Shown one piece after another: positions 19,011 to 27,690 of a DNA stretch of 64,000 nucleotides. This DNA is from a virus, in the IMG/VR virus record IMGVR_UViG_3300044612_000719, positions 33,276-97,275 of that record. One strand, given 5' to 3'. Below the pieces are notes generated by a model that saw only the letters and a program-made list of their open reading frames with translations, searched no databases and was not told where the DNA came from. How positions within the stretch are numbered: the first letter of the stretch is position 1; the number at the start of each line of letters is the position of its first letter. The translations under genes and the position numbers were made by a program.

Positions 19011-19611
19011 TCCAAATACCTATACGTTCTGCCTCTGCACCGTCGTCACTGACAAAAGTGTAACCCTCTGGCATTGGATCTGCTTCGTCAAACCATACGG
19101 GAATCATACAAGTGTTCCCGTAAACAAAATCAGGGTTACCTCTTAAATGCACTTCTATGAGGTTGCCGTCAATAAACTCACAATTTATAGTTTTGTATCT
19201 ATTAACTAAGTGTTTTAAGAAACTAGGTAGCGGGTAAGTCTTATCAACCTTCTCCCAATAAACAAATCTGCTGTATGGATGTTCTGCATGTTTGACACCA
19301 ACTACAGATAACACTGGTTTGCCTAACTCGTAATCAATGCTTAGATGCTCGCCTGTAAAGATCTCACACCAAAACTCACCTGGATGTAGGTGGTTTGTGT
19401 TGTGAATAAGATGCTCAACACGTGCTTTAGTCCCCATGCCATTGATATTCATGACTGGTTTAACGAAATAATCGTTAGGAGTTGGGACTGTTACGCCCGT
19501 GGGACCACACAGGTGTCCAGCACGTCTTGCAACGATTAATTTATCAAAGACCCATAAGTCTTCGTCAGATGTATTCCCAACCCACGCAATAGCGTCTGGG
19601 GATGGGCGCAT
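19003..19611 (-). CDS. ATP-grasp-like phage protein
   Basis: YFVKPVMNINGMG...FWCEIFTGEHLSIDY...INCEFIDGNLIEVHLRGNPDF. Confidence 0.6.
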   Translation of the reverse strand: MRPSPDAIAWVGNTSDEDLWVFDKLIVARRAGHLCGPTGVTVPTPNDYFVKPVMNINGMGTKARVEHLIHNTNHLHPGEFWCEIFTGEHLSIDYELGKPVLSVVGVKHAEHPYSRFVYWEKVDKTYPLPSFLKHLVNRYKTINCEFIDGNLIEVHLRGNPDFVYGNTCMIPVWFDEADPMPEGYTFVSDDGAEAERIGIWIK

Positions 19612-19612
19612 A

Positions 19613-19894
19613 CTATTCTTCGTCGTCAGGGATTCCGTTGCCGTCTTTGTCCTCACCGTTACGTCCTGTGGAGATCATAAGACCTGCCAACGTACCAGTG
19701 ATAAAAGTTGCAACAGAAGAAAGCACACCAAAGAACATCTTGTCGTTTTCGGCTTGAGCACCAATCGGCTGTGTCACGAATACGAGTGCGTAGAGAATGA
19801 AGCAGGTGGTGATCAACAAAACTGCACCGAGCATGCAACCAATGACAAACTTAAGACGGGCGTCTAGTTCTGCTGGGGTAAGGCGCTTTTTCAT
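19613..19894 (-). CDS. Two-TM membrane protein
   Basis: Two hydrophobic helices; acidic DKDGNGIPD tail. Confidence 0.65.
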   Translation of the reverse strand: MKKRLTPAELDARLKFVIGCMLGAVLLITTCFILYALVFVTQPIGAQAENDKMFFGVLSSVATFITGTLAGLMISTGRNGEDKDGNGIPDDEE

Positions 19895-20115
19895 GGGGCA
19901 ACTGTCTCCTCGGTAGGAACGGTGTCAATAAATAAAGATCCTGTGAGTGGATCAAATCCGAGCAATACGTCTGGGCATGCTCCGTCTACTTCACATGCTG
20001 GTCTTTGGCATTGTGGGGCTTCCCAGTTTGCAGGATCTTGGCATTCGTAGCGGTAACCGCCGTCGTAACCACAACCCGCAAGCAAAACAGCAGAGATGAA
20101 AAGTAGTTTCTTCAT
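19891..20115 (-). CDS. Small lipoprotein, leaderless
   Basis: MKKLLFISAVLLAGC lipobox; RYECQDPANW...C...C...C; TATAAT-N6-ATG. Confidence 0.7.
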   Translation of the reverse strand: MKKLLFISAVLLAGCGYDGGYRYECQDPANWEAPQCQRPACEVDGACPDVLLGFDPLTGSLFIDTVPTEETVAP

Positions 20116-20132
20116 CTACCGATTATAGATGA

Positions 20133-20330
20133 TTAGACCTTAGAGCGCCTTTTGAAGTCTTGGTGCATGAGGTAACCACGGTGGTCACGGTACTTTTCTT
20201 CATAGGTAGGAGCAACGTGCTCGTCTACAGTGCGCATCAGATGGCGGTGGAAAGAGCGGATAGCAAGAAGAATGGCGGTGGCGATAATAAAAGTAGTCAT
20301 AAGGGGTTTAAGTATAACCGATTTAGTCAT
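20133..20330 (-). CDS. Small single-TM hypothetical protein
   Basis: GGAGG RBS; hydrophobic N-terminal segment. Confidence 0.5.
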   Translation of the reverse strand: MTKSVILKPLMTTFIIATAILLAIRSFHRHLMRTVDEHVAPTYEEKYRDHRGYLMHQDFKRRSKV

Positions 20331-20333
20331 AAT

Positions 20334-20507
20334 TCATCCTCCATTGGAATAAAAGCCACGACCGACCAGATTAACTGCTGGGGAGAAGTAGACAGGGCGT
20401 AACTGCTCACCGCAGTCTGGACAGTTGATTACTTTTTGTTCGTCATAGATACTGCGGGTTTCTTCATGACGGTGGTCATTCCCGCACTTGTAAGCATATG
20501 TTGGCAT
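20334..20507 (-). CDS. FmdB-family zinc-ribbon protein, leaderless (not in ORF track)
   Basis: MPTYAYKC...H...CPDCG...RPVYFSPAVNLVGRGFYSN; TAGACT-N6-ATG. Confidence 0.8.
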   Translation of the reverse strand: MPTYAYKCGNDHRHEETRSIYDEQKVINCPDCGEQLRPVYFSPAVNLVGRGFYSNGG

Positions 20508-20516
20508 GACAGTAGT

Positions 20517-20972
20517 CTAGCGCTTGTAGCGGGCGCCTTGCTTACCAAGGTTTACACGTCCTAAATTTTCAGATACATCTTCACCAGTATCAAGATCAGT
20601 CATAGATCCTGGGCGAATCTTTAGAGGGTTACCACCACGAAGGTTAGGACCAACAGTTCCTCTAACAAAAGTGTTACGTGTCTTTGCTTTTGTTGGATTT
20701 TCTAGATGTTTTTTAAGTTCCCTAGCGTCTACTGCCATACTGGCGTTTTCTAATGAAATGTTTTTACTGTGCCCAATAAGGAGTCGGGAGTTATCAAGAA
20801 CGCTGTAGATAGGTTCACCTAAGGCTTTAGTAGCAGGGGTGTGCATATGGACGTTGACAGGTGTGCCCCTTAGACCAACCATGGATTCAGGACTGATAAT
20901 GCGAACAGGTGTTCCACGAACAATGTGCTCTTCAGAAAACTGAATGCCATTAAGGTCACGTCTACTAGCCAT
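20517..20972 (-). CDS. Hypothetical protein with N-terminal L-x3-QF tag
   Basis: MASRRDLNGIQF. Confidence 0.65.
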   Translation of the reverse strand: MASRRDLNGIQFSEEHIVRGTPVRIISPESMVGLRGTPVNVHMHTPATKALGEPIYSVLDNSRLLIGHSKNISLENASMAVDARELKKHLENPTKAKTRNTFVRGTVGPNLRGGNPLKIRPGSMTDLDTGEDVSENLGRVNLGKQGARYKR

Positions 20973-21814
20973 TAGTCAATCCCTGGAAGTTTCATTTGCT
21001 CGCCTTGCATGGCAGGGCGCTTTTCACGTTTATTTAATCCAGCAAGTCTATAGGCTGTTTGCCTACCTTCAGCAATTGTTTGAGGTGACAAACGTTCAGC
21101 GTTACTAAAGTCAAGGTGTTCTGGACGATGAGCCATACTCCATTTAGTGTCGTCAGGGCGCATTAGTGTTTGCCTACCTGACTCATTATTTACGGCTCCC
21201 TTAATAACTCCCTTTTCTATTCCTTTACGAGCCAACCTACTGCTGTATTGCGTCATACTTCCAGGGCTGTGAAACTCTGCATCAGGGTGGTCATTCATAG
21301 CGATACCTATAAGGGTAGGTAAAGAACCACGCAATGTAGGGTGCATAAAAGCATTTTCAAATTGAACTTTACGTGGTTTGCTGGTAAACAACTCTGTAGG
21401 TACAGGTATGTCTTTGCGAGTTTCCGCAGGGGCATTGTGGTCTAATGCCGCACGTAGTTTCTTTGTACGCTCAGGATCACGTGTTGCGATCATGTCACTT
21501 GTTGCTTTTTGATTTTTGTCCCACATGTAATGCTGGCTAATGCCAGTGTCTAAAGTCTGTTGGGCGTGTGGGTAACGAGGGTCGTGCGTGTTTGCTTTTA
21601 ATCTTTCCATGTTTTCTGGATCAAAATCAAAGTTAACAATAGTTTCAGCAGGTTCTATTGTTTCCACTGCAATGTGTCCATAAGGTACGTGTGTTGGAGG
21701 TTTTTGACTCAGTTCATCAAACTGGTTACCGTGAACCAACTTATCCCCGACAATAGAATACTTAGTGTTTCTACCACCGTACCAGTGACTATCTTTCTTA
21801 TAAAACTTAGCCAT
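20972..21814 (-). CDS. Hypothetical protein, paralog of 25000-25659
   Basis: Shared PYG, TELFT..P, (Y/F)SS(R/K)LA and C-terminal Q..LPG motifs. Confidence 0.65.
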   Translation of the reverse strand: MAKFYKKDSHWYGGRNTKYSIVGDKLVHGNQFDELSQKPPTHVPYGHIAVETIEPAETIVNFDFDPENMERLKANTHDPRYPHAQQTLDTGISQHYMWDKNQKATSDMIATRDPERTKKLRAALDHNAPAETRKDIPVPTELFTSKPRKVQFENAFMHPTLRGSLPTLIGIAMNDHPDAEFHSPGSMTQYSSRLARKGIEKGVIKGAVNNESGRQTLMRPDDTKWSMAHRPEHLDFSNAERLSPQTIAEGRQTAYRLAGLNKREKRPAMQGEQMKLPGID

Positions 21815-23505
21815 TAAACTTCAAAACCTGGTAACTGTAGTTGTTCACTTTTAGAAGCAGTTTTAGCATTAACACGGTCTTGGTAGAATTGACGTGCTTC
21901 CCTACCTGCTGTTCTTAAACTCTTATTTGGGTTGCTATCAATAGCATTACGAACGTGCTCATGGGCGTCGTATAAGTGACCCAACATTAGTTTATTAGCA
22001 AGGTCTCGGGTTGGTCGGGTTTCATCTGCTGTGGAATGACGCATAACTAATTGCTTGCGTGTAGGTGTTTCTCTAAACACTTTAGGATCAGCAACAGCGC
22101 TTGCGTGGGCACGCACTGCCGAGTACACAGCCCTTTCAGTATTAGTAGTCCAACGACGGTGTCCTGTAGTGTATCCAGAACTGGCGTGTAGATCACCTAC
22201 ATCACCAGTTTCAAACATTCTTTGTGAATACTTGTTGTTATCATCTGCACTACCCCATAGATCCCTATGAGCATCAGCAATACCTTCTGATACAGGGTCT
22301 GCCCCACCTTTGTCGTAAATGTCAAAACGATGCTTATTATCCATTTTGTGACCCATCTCATGGATGATGGTAGAGCGAGACACACTTGGATTTGTTTTTG
22401 TCACAATGGTTTTACCACGAACTGTTTTTTCAACAGGGGTTCCCCCAGTTACTTCACTTCGTGTATGCCATGTTTTTTCTGACCACCTGTTTGCACCATA
22501 CCCATATACACCAGCGTATGGTTCTACAGCAACATTTGGGTTTTTCTTTTTAATGTCAGAACCTGTTCCAGAAAATGCATTTATTTGATAACCCTTTTCA
22601 ACAAAGTCTTCTGCTTTAATATTTTGAGCATTTACTTGTTTGTTTCCACCAATCATGTTTGGTGCTTTAGGAATCTTCTTTTCAATTTCTCCGACTGTGT
22701 TGTATCTTGAATAAGAGCGAGTGCCTGGTTTGTCTTTTTGCGTCCATTGACGACCTTCAGGGGTAGTGACAACTGCACCAGCCCTTAATGCATCGTTAAT
22801 TGGCAGGCCCATGCGGTGAGATTGTTCATCACCTAAATCTTTACTTAATTGTTGAATAAACTTAGGATTGTTTATCGGTGTCTTGTCGCCACCTGTTATC
22901 ACTGTACGGGTAGTGTCAGGTTCTTTGGAATAGGTTTTTTCGTAGTTTAATGGTTGACGAATAACATCAATTCTTCCAGAAGTAACCCCTTCAAGACTCG
23001 CTCCTGGGAATGTATTGTCAATGTGCCCTGCATGTCTTACGTCCTCAACAGCCACTGCTAACGCTGGCTGTTTGTTTGCAAACTCTGAATTAATCATGTG
23101 GGTAGACATTTGAGAGGTATCTACGGCGTGGGTGTAGGCATTACGTGAATCTTCGGCAGTTTTCTTGCTCAAAGGTTTTCCAGTCAAATTCCTAGTACGA
23201 GCCACACCAGCATTTTTACGGTAGGTCTCAAGATCAGACATTCCTAGACCTTTTTGAATTGCTTCAATGCGCTTTTCATGAGGGATCAACGGGTCATTGC
23301 GTCTACCCGTACCTGTTTCAGGACTGAACAACATTCCTTGTGCGTTAACAGTTCTTGCTTGAGCACGTGCCGCAATACCTGAAGTTTGTTCTATTTCGTA
23401 CTTATGTTTACCTTCAGCAAAACCATGAGGGTTAAGCAAAGACGCATGAGTCTCACCTTGGTCATCATGCCAGTAGGTGTTTTCAAACTGTCGTCCAAGA
23501 GCCAT
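21814..23505 (-). CDS. Large protein with HExxH zinc-metalloprotease-like motif; leaderless
   Basis: TIIHEMGHKMD...SEGIAD; MALGRQF N-terminus; QLQLPGF C-terminus; TAAACT-N6-ATG. Confidence 0.65.
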   Translation of the reverse strand: MALGRQFENTYWHDDQGETHASLLNPHGFAEGKHKYEIEQTSGIAARAQARTVNAQGMLFSPETGTGRRNDPLIPHEKRIEAIQKGLGMSDLETYRKNAGVARTRNLTGKPLSKKTAEDSRNAYTHAVDTSQMSTHMINSEFANKQPALAVAVEDVRHAGHIDNTFPGASLEGVTSGRIDVIRQPLNYEKTYSKEPDTTRTVITGGDKTPINNPKFIQQLSKDLGDEQSHRMGLPINDALRAGAVVTTPEGRQWTQKDKPGTRSYSRYNTVGEIEKKIPKAPNMIGGNKQVNAQNIKAEDFVEKGYQINAFSGTGSDIKKKNPNVAVEPYAGVYGYGANRWSEKTWHTRSEVTGGTPVEKTVRGKTIVTKTNPSVSRSTIIHEMGHKMDNKHRFDIYDKGGADPVSEGIADAHRDLWGSADDNNKYSQRMFETGDVGDLHASSGYTTGHRRWTTNTERAVYSAVRAHASAVADPKVFRETPTRKQLVMRHSTADETRPTRDLANKLMLGHLYDAHEHVRNAIDSNPNKSLRTAGREARQFYQDRVNAKTASKSEQLQLPGFEV

Positions 23506-23514
23506 ACACTTAGT

Positions 23515-24156
23515 TTAGTTGATATGAACGCTTCCCGAGAACGACACACCTTCTAAATTAAAATTCACAAAAGGGTTTAGAGAGTACACAGTGCAACCAA
23601 ACTTTTCTGCTAACCATCGCTTTAGCATGATTAATTGAGTGTTGTACAACTCCCAAGGGTTATCACCAGGGACATAAGCGCCAAAACGATCTCTACCGTT
23701 CAACTTGCCACAGTCGGCACCAACCAACACAATGTGTTTAGCGCCCATGTAGGCGGCTAAGTGCATCGCACCATGAATACTGGAGGCACCAATGACCAAC
23801 CCATCTGTTGGAGCGTCCTTACCATAGGGGTCAAAACTCGCTCCAGGCTGTCCTGTCTCCGTTTCAAACAGCACAACGTTATCGGGAACGTCTCCGACCC
23901 ACTCTTCAGCGTTCCCATGCTGTTTTTTAGGCGTAAAAACGTAATTTGAACACTCTGACATCTCTAATGAGTCGGCGTGATAGTGCGAAAACGTGTAGTA
24001 GTTCAATAAATTAAACGTTTTGCCAACAAAATTGACCCCAACACACACTTTGTCATCAAAAAATGACGGTGTTAAGAAATCTAAAGAGCCACCAGAGCCT
24101 AAAACCCAGACAGTTTCACCTTTGTACAGGTCTTTGAAGGTTTCTAACGCTGGCAT
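23515..24156 (-). CDS. MptE-like/DUF115 (Maf-type) Rossmann-fold transferase; leaderless
   Basis: FKDLYKGETVWVLGSGGSL...VGVN...SSIHGAMHLAAYMGAKHIVLVGADC. Confidence 0.7.
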   Translation of the reverse strand: MPALETFKDLYKGETVWVLGSGGSLDFLTPSFFDDKVCVGVNFVGKTFNLLNYYTFSHYHADSLEMSECSNYVFTPKKQHGNAEEWVGDVPDNVVLFETETGQPGASFDPYGKDAPTDGLVIGASSIHGAMHLAAYMGAKHIVLVGADCGKLNGRDRFGAYVPGDNPWELYNTQLIMLKRWLAEKFGCTVYSLNPFVNFNLEGVSFSGSVHIN

Positions 24157-24197
24157 GGCTAGAGATTAGCCCCTTTCACCGAAAAATTGTACAAAAG

Positions 24198-24578
24198 TTA
24201 GTCTAAATCTTCTTCTGGTTGATAGGAAGTACGGGAATAATATTTGTCTTCAAACTTTGAAGCAATATGTGTGGATGCTGGGTTGATAGTCAAGCCCCAA
24301 TCAACATGTGATTTTGGGTAACGGTTGTACAAGTGCTCCATAAGGCGTTGAGCATGTCCTTGTCCTTCAACATGGCTCTTTAAATAATCTACTTCTATTC
24401 TTGAGGATGGGTCAGAGTGTGGGTCGTTATAATGCTCAAAAGACACACGTGCAAGGTCTAAGCCTTTTTTAGGGTCTGTCAACGTAAGGGAATGCCATCC
24501 TCTTCCACCAGACACGCCCTGTCCTAGTTTTTGATGGACTATTTTAAATTGTCCACCTAAATTCTCGTGTGCCGCCAT
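24198..24578 (-). CDS. GNAT-like acetyltransferase with MAAHENLGGQF tag
   Basis: IEVDYLKSHVEGQGHAQRLM resembles GNAT motif A. Confidence 0.55.
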   Translation of the reverse strand: MAAHENLGGQFKIVHQKLGQGVSGGRGWHSLTLTDPKKGLDLARVSFEHYNDPHSDPSSRIEVDYLKSHVEGQGHAQRLMEHLYNRYPKSHVDWGLTINPASTHIASKFEDKYYSRTSYQPEEDLD

Positions 24579-25000
24579 TATCTTTTCCTTGTAGGTGGGG
24601 TAAATACATATGCGTCAATGGATGGGCGTTTATCAATTAAAGCAGCAGCAATACGGTGATGTCCATCTAGAATTTCAGCAGTACCTTTATGCATATATAC
24701 CTGTGGATACTCCAAATGCTCGTATTCTGGGTCTTCTTCCTCACCGTATATGTCTGATTTTCGCTCAGAACCTGCTTTCCTGTAAGCATCTACTGTTCTG
24801 GGATTTAAGTCAGTTTGTTTGTTGCTAAAAAACTTGGTGTTTTGAAGGTCTAGTTGTGTAGTTCCACGTTCTACTGCTTCAGAATAATCTTCTTTAAACA
24901 GTGGTCTACCTTTCATGGGCCAATTTTTGGGAGTAGATGTACCAATACCTACTTTTTTAAGGCTGTCAAACTGACCGCTTAAGTTCTCGTGTGCACCCAT
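24578..25000 (-). CDS. ParB/Srx-like domain protein with MGAHENLSGQF tag
   Basis: P.V...EILDGHHRIAAALI. Confidence 0.7.
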   Translation of the reverse strand: MGAHENLSGQFDSLKKVGIGTSTPKNWPMKGRPLFKEDYSEAVERGTTQLDLQNTKFFSNKQTDLNPRTVDAYRKAGSERKSDIYGEEEDPEYEHLEYPQVYMHKGTAEILDGHHRIAAALIDKRPSIDAYVFTPPTRKR

Positions 25001-25659
25001 TACTTGTCTTCCATACCTGGGAGTTGGGGTTGATCAAACTTAGGTGCAGGCGCCGTTTGTTCTTTTCTAGGACGCAACGTCTCTTTAAGGAACTGTTTAC
25101 CTTTCATGACCTCTGACCGTGTGAGTTCAAACGCATTTACACCTAGTCGGTCAGTTGTGATCCTGTGTACGCTTCCCACCTGACGGGCATACACATCGCC
25201 TTCATTGGGGTCCTCATCGGTTTCCATTTTAGGGTTCTCATAACTAGGCTTCAATAAACCACGTTCATGTGCATTCTTAGCCAGTTTGCTACTAAAGTTA
25301 CTTAAACTGTCTGGTGCCACAACCTGAGCGTTCGGATGGTCTAGTTTGGCTAGTGCCATCACTGTCATCATGTGGGGACGGACACGCTTGTCGGCGTACA
25401 TGAGGTTGACGTGCAGTTCCTCAGGTCGGTGCGTGAACAACTCGGTAGCGTTTTTCCTCATCGGGTGACCATCACTATCAAAGTTAGGGTCTTCTCGGGA
25501 TGGCGTGTGGTACATGCTGGCGTACCCGTAAGGATACTGAGGCTTACCCCCTGCTCTAGCGGTCGCCGCCGCATCGGGGGTGTCATGAATAACACCATAC
25601 GTGGGGTAACTTACGCCGTCACCATAACCTTTGTTCGGGTTTTTGAAGTAGCGAGCCAT
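25000..25659 (-). CDS. Hypothetical protein, paralog of 20972-21814
   Basis: MARYFK; PYGYA; TELFTHRP; FSSKLAK; QPQLPGM. Confidence 0.65.
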   Translation of the reverse strand: MARYFKNPNKGYGDGVSYPTYGVIHDTPDAAATARAGGKPQYPYGYASMYHTPSREDPNFDSDGHPMRKNATELFTHRPEELHVNLMYADKRVRPHMMTVMALAKLDHPNAQVVAPDSLSNFSSKLAKNAHERGLLKPSYENPKMETDEDPNEGDVYARQVGSVHRITTDRLGVNAFELTRSEVMKGKQFLKETLRPRKEQTAPAPKFDQPQLPGMEDK

Positions 25660-26036
25660 TAGTCTTTATCCCATATTTTACTTACACGGTGCTGTACAGG
25701 GATTTCCATGTTTGGATCAATATCGTGTGCTGTGGCAATACGGTGGTGCCCGTCACTAATCATTTTATGTGGAAACTGTCCGATGTGGGTGATGCTTATA
25801 GGCTCTTCTACACCCGTAGTTTGAATACTTTCACGATCTGCACCTTTTTTCCATACTTTGTATTTGTATGTACTTTTGTCCTCAGACATGGGTTTTAGGT
25901 GCTTCAAGCCCTCAGGGTCAGGGGTTCTGTCCAGATTCAATATAGGCCATGAGTCACCAGCGTGTACATTCATCAGTTCACGGGCAGGCATGAACATTTG
26001 CAATTGTTCGTGGTTGAGGCTCTCGTGTGCCGCCAT
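25659..26036 (-). CDS. ParB/Srx-like domain protein with MAAHESLNHEQL tag
   Basis: ESIQTTGVEEPI...ISDGHHRIATA...IPV. Confidence 0.75.
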   Translation of the reverse strand: MAAHESLNHEQLQMFMPARELMNVHAGDSWPILNLDRTPDPEGLKHLKPMSEDKSTYKYKVWKKGADRESIQTTGVEEPISITHIGQFPHKMISDGHHRIATAHDIDPNMEIPVQHRVSKIWDKD

Positions 26037-26194
26037 TACTTCTTCTTCCGTTCCTGTTTTTGCTTATTCTTCTCTAGCAGGTACTCAGGGTCACGCTTAG
26101 TAAAGCCTGCGGCTTGATGGATCTCGGAGCGGGGCACAGGCTCACCATCTACCCATACGTAGTCATTGAACTGTTGTCCGTCTAGGCGTGGCAT
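26036..26194 (-). CDS. 52-aa basic protein with LDGQQF tag; leaderless (not in ORF track)
   Basis: MPRLDGQQFNDYVW...KQKQERKKK; TATACT-N6-ATG; stop overlaps next ATG. Confidence 0.65.
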   Translation of the reverse strand: MPRLDGQQFNDYVWVDGEPVPRSEIHQAAGFTKRDPEYLLEKNKQKQERKKK

Positions 26195-26211
26195 TTACCT
26201 AGTATAGATGG

Positions 26212-26610
26212 TTACTTACGTGGGGGAAGAGTGTCACCTGTAGATTTAGCCCAAGCGTCGCCTTCTGGGGTGCGCTGGGGGGAATGGCTTGGGATAGGTA
26301 TAACGCCTTTAGAAGCCCTGGCAACGGTTTGAGAATGCTTCAGTGCCGCTGTAGCCAAACCTTTTCTACGATGTTCTGGTGACACTTCAATTTCTAAGAT
26401 TTCAGTAGCAGAATCAGGTCTTTCGGATTTTTCCCACTCCATGAATCCCACACGTCGTCCACCTTGAGGAAGCCCCAAAGCATCAATACTTCGTGATGTG
26501 TCCACGATGTCCGTTCTCCATGTATCTGGAGTGGACTCTGGGAGGTCAGGATTAGAGCCAATAGGGTGCGTTCTGAACTGATAGTTGTTCAGGTTGTTCC
26601 TAGCAGGCAT
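26212..26610 (-). CDS. GNAT acetyltransferase with NLNNYQF tag; leaderless
   Basis: EILEIEVSPEHRRKGLATA...HS...TPEGDAWA; TATACT-N6-ATG. Confidence 0.8.
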   Translation of the reverse strand: MPARNNLNNYQFRTHPIGSNPDLPESTPDTWRTDIVDTSRSIDALGLPQGGRRVGFMEWEKSERPDSATEILEIEVSPEHRRKGLATAALKHSQTVARASKGVIPIPSHSPQRTPEGDAWAKSTGDTLPPRK

Positions 26611-26747
26611 GTTTCAAGTATAGGGCTATTTGGGCGAGGTGGGTGGTCCGTCGGATTTTTGAATGGGGCTATTGGGCAGTTGAGCGTTGGGTGGGGCCTC
26701 TGTCCTACCCCCAGCCCCGCCACCACGGCTCGCTTAACCATGGGGGG

Positions 26748-26848
26748 TTATCCACAGCCCGCACCCATACTGGGCATGGCTTTGCTGAGTTATCCACAGG
26801 TACTCCTGTGTACATCCTGTGGATACCGTGGAACATCGCTGTGGAACA
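26748..26848. promoter_or_regulatory. Cluster of DnaA boxes
   Basis: Perfect TTATCCACA at 26748-26756 and 26790-26798; reverse-oriented degenerate boxes at 26818-26826 (TGTGGATAC) and 26840-26848 (TGTGGAACA). Confidence 0.65.
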
Positions 26849-26862
26849 TTGAGGGCGAACCC

Positions 26863-26901
26863 ACGTTCGTATGACGTTCGTCACGTGTGACGTTCGTCAC
26901 G
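26863..26901. repeat. Tandem palindromic repeats TGACGTTCGTCACG x2 plus a partial third copy
   Basis: Copies at 26872-26885 and 26888-26901; ACGTTCGT at 26863-26870. Confidence 0.7.
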
Positions 26902-27398
26902 CCATTGTTACAACTTCATGACAATGTGCCCGAAATGCTTGACAAATGGAAAATGCCCTCAGACGCATCAGGAGCCATTCTCAGAGGAGGAGAGGCGGGT
27001 GCAAGGGGTCAAGGCGGACACAGGTACAAAGTACCCTCAGAGAGCGCCTCGTATGCCTAGGAATGGGGCTATGAGCCTTACGGTGCATGGGTTTGCGGGG
27101 TATGGGTAGGTTGTACACATGCCCCACAAGCCCCCGTATTGCTATCCACTGCACCATCGCTCCATTCCACGTATTGCACGCAACACAGCGCATCCTGAAG
27201 CGTCTCAGAGCATTCTGCAGTGTTCATTGATCAATTGAATTCTCTGCCCATTCCATGCCTTCTCCTGCTTCTCCTGTATCTCCTCCTCCATCCGATGGAT
27301 GGCTGGTCGTTGGGGGCGCCCAATTCCAGCCCTAGATCCGCTCCAGCCCTTACGGGGCTTGGCTCGGAAGATTCTCAGGAATTGTTTGAATTTGGTCG

Positions 27399-27427
27399 TT
27401 GCTATTCGTACACCCATCCACTAGCCT
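27399..27427 (+). promoter_or_regulatory. Sigma-A-like promoter of the plus-strand operon
   Basis: TTGCTA-17 bp-TAGCCT. Confidence 0.5.
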
Positions 27428-27431
27428 CCAG

Positions 27432-27487
27432 TCAGGAGTTGCGTTGCGGTACGGGGCGCAGTCTCCTGAGGTTCCTTGAAAATTGAA
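27432..27487 (+). promoter_or_regulatory. rrn-like boxB hairpin + boxA antitermination element
   Basis: TCAGGAG...CTCCTGA hairpin immediately followed by GTTCCTTGAAAATTGAA (27471-27487). Confidence 0.5.
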
Positions 27488-27489
27488 GA

Positions 27490-27680
27490 GCGCCCGAATT
27501 GCTTCGGCAAAAATGCACGCATGCATGTGGCACGTCCCCGAGTCCGCTCGGTCGGCTCGTGCCTTGCAGAGATGGCTTCAACGGATCCATGCATGCCCGC
27601 CACGGGGGAATTGAACAACAGTCCCTCACGGCGCATTACTCAACGGCTCAAACCGTTCGCTGACTTCGGGCACATGGTTC
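27490..27680 (+). ncRNA. Multi-branched structured leader domain
   Basis: GCCCGAA (27492) pairs with TTCGGGC (27665-27671), enclosing GCATGCATG/CATGCATGC, GGCAC/GTGCC and AACGG/CCGTT helices. Confidence 0.45.
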
Positions 27681-27690
27681 AAATTCCTCA

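Noticed and set aside
19613-20115. Spanin pair (lipoprotein + membrane protein)
   Set aside because: No periplasmic coiled-coil, no adjacent endolysin, and the inferred host probably lacks an outer membrane
27670-27690. tRNA gene (GGTTCAAATTCC)
   Set aside because: No cloverleaf, anticodon arm or acceptor stem could be built; no tRNA gene recognised anywhere in the window
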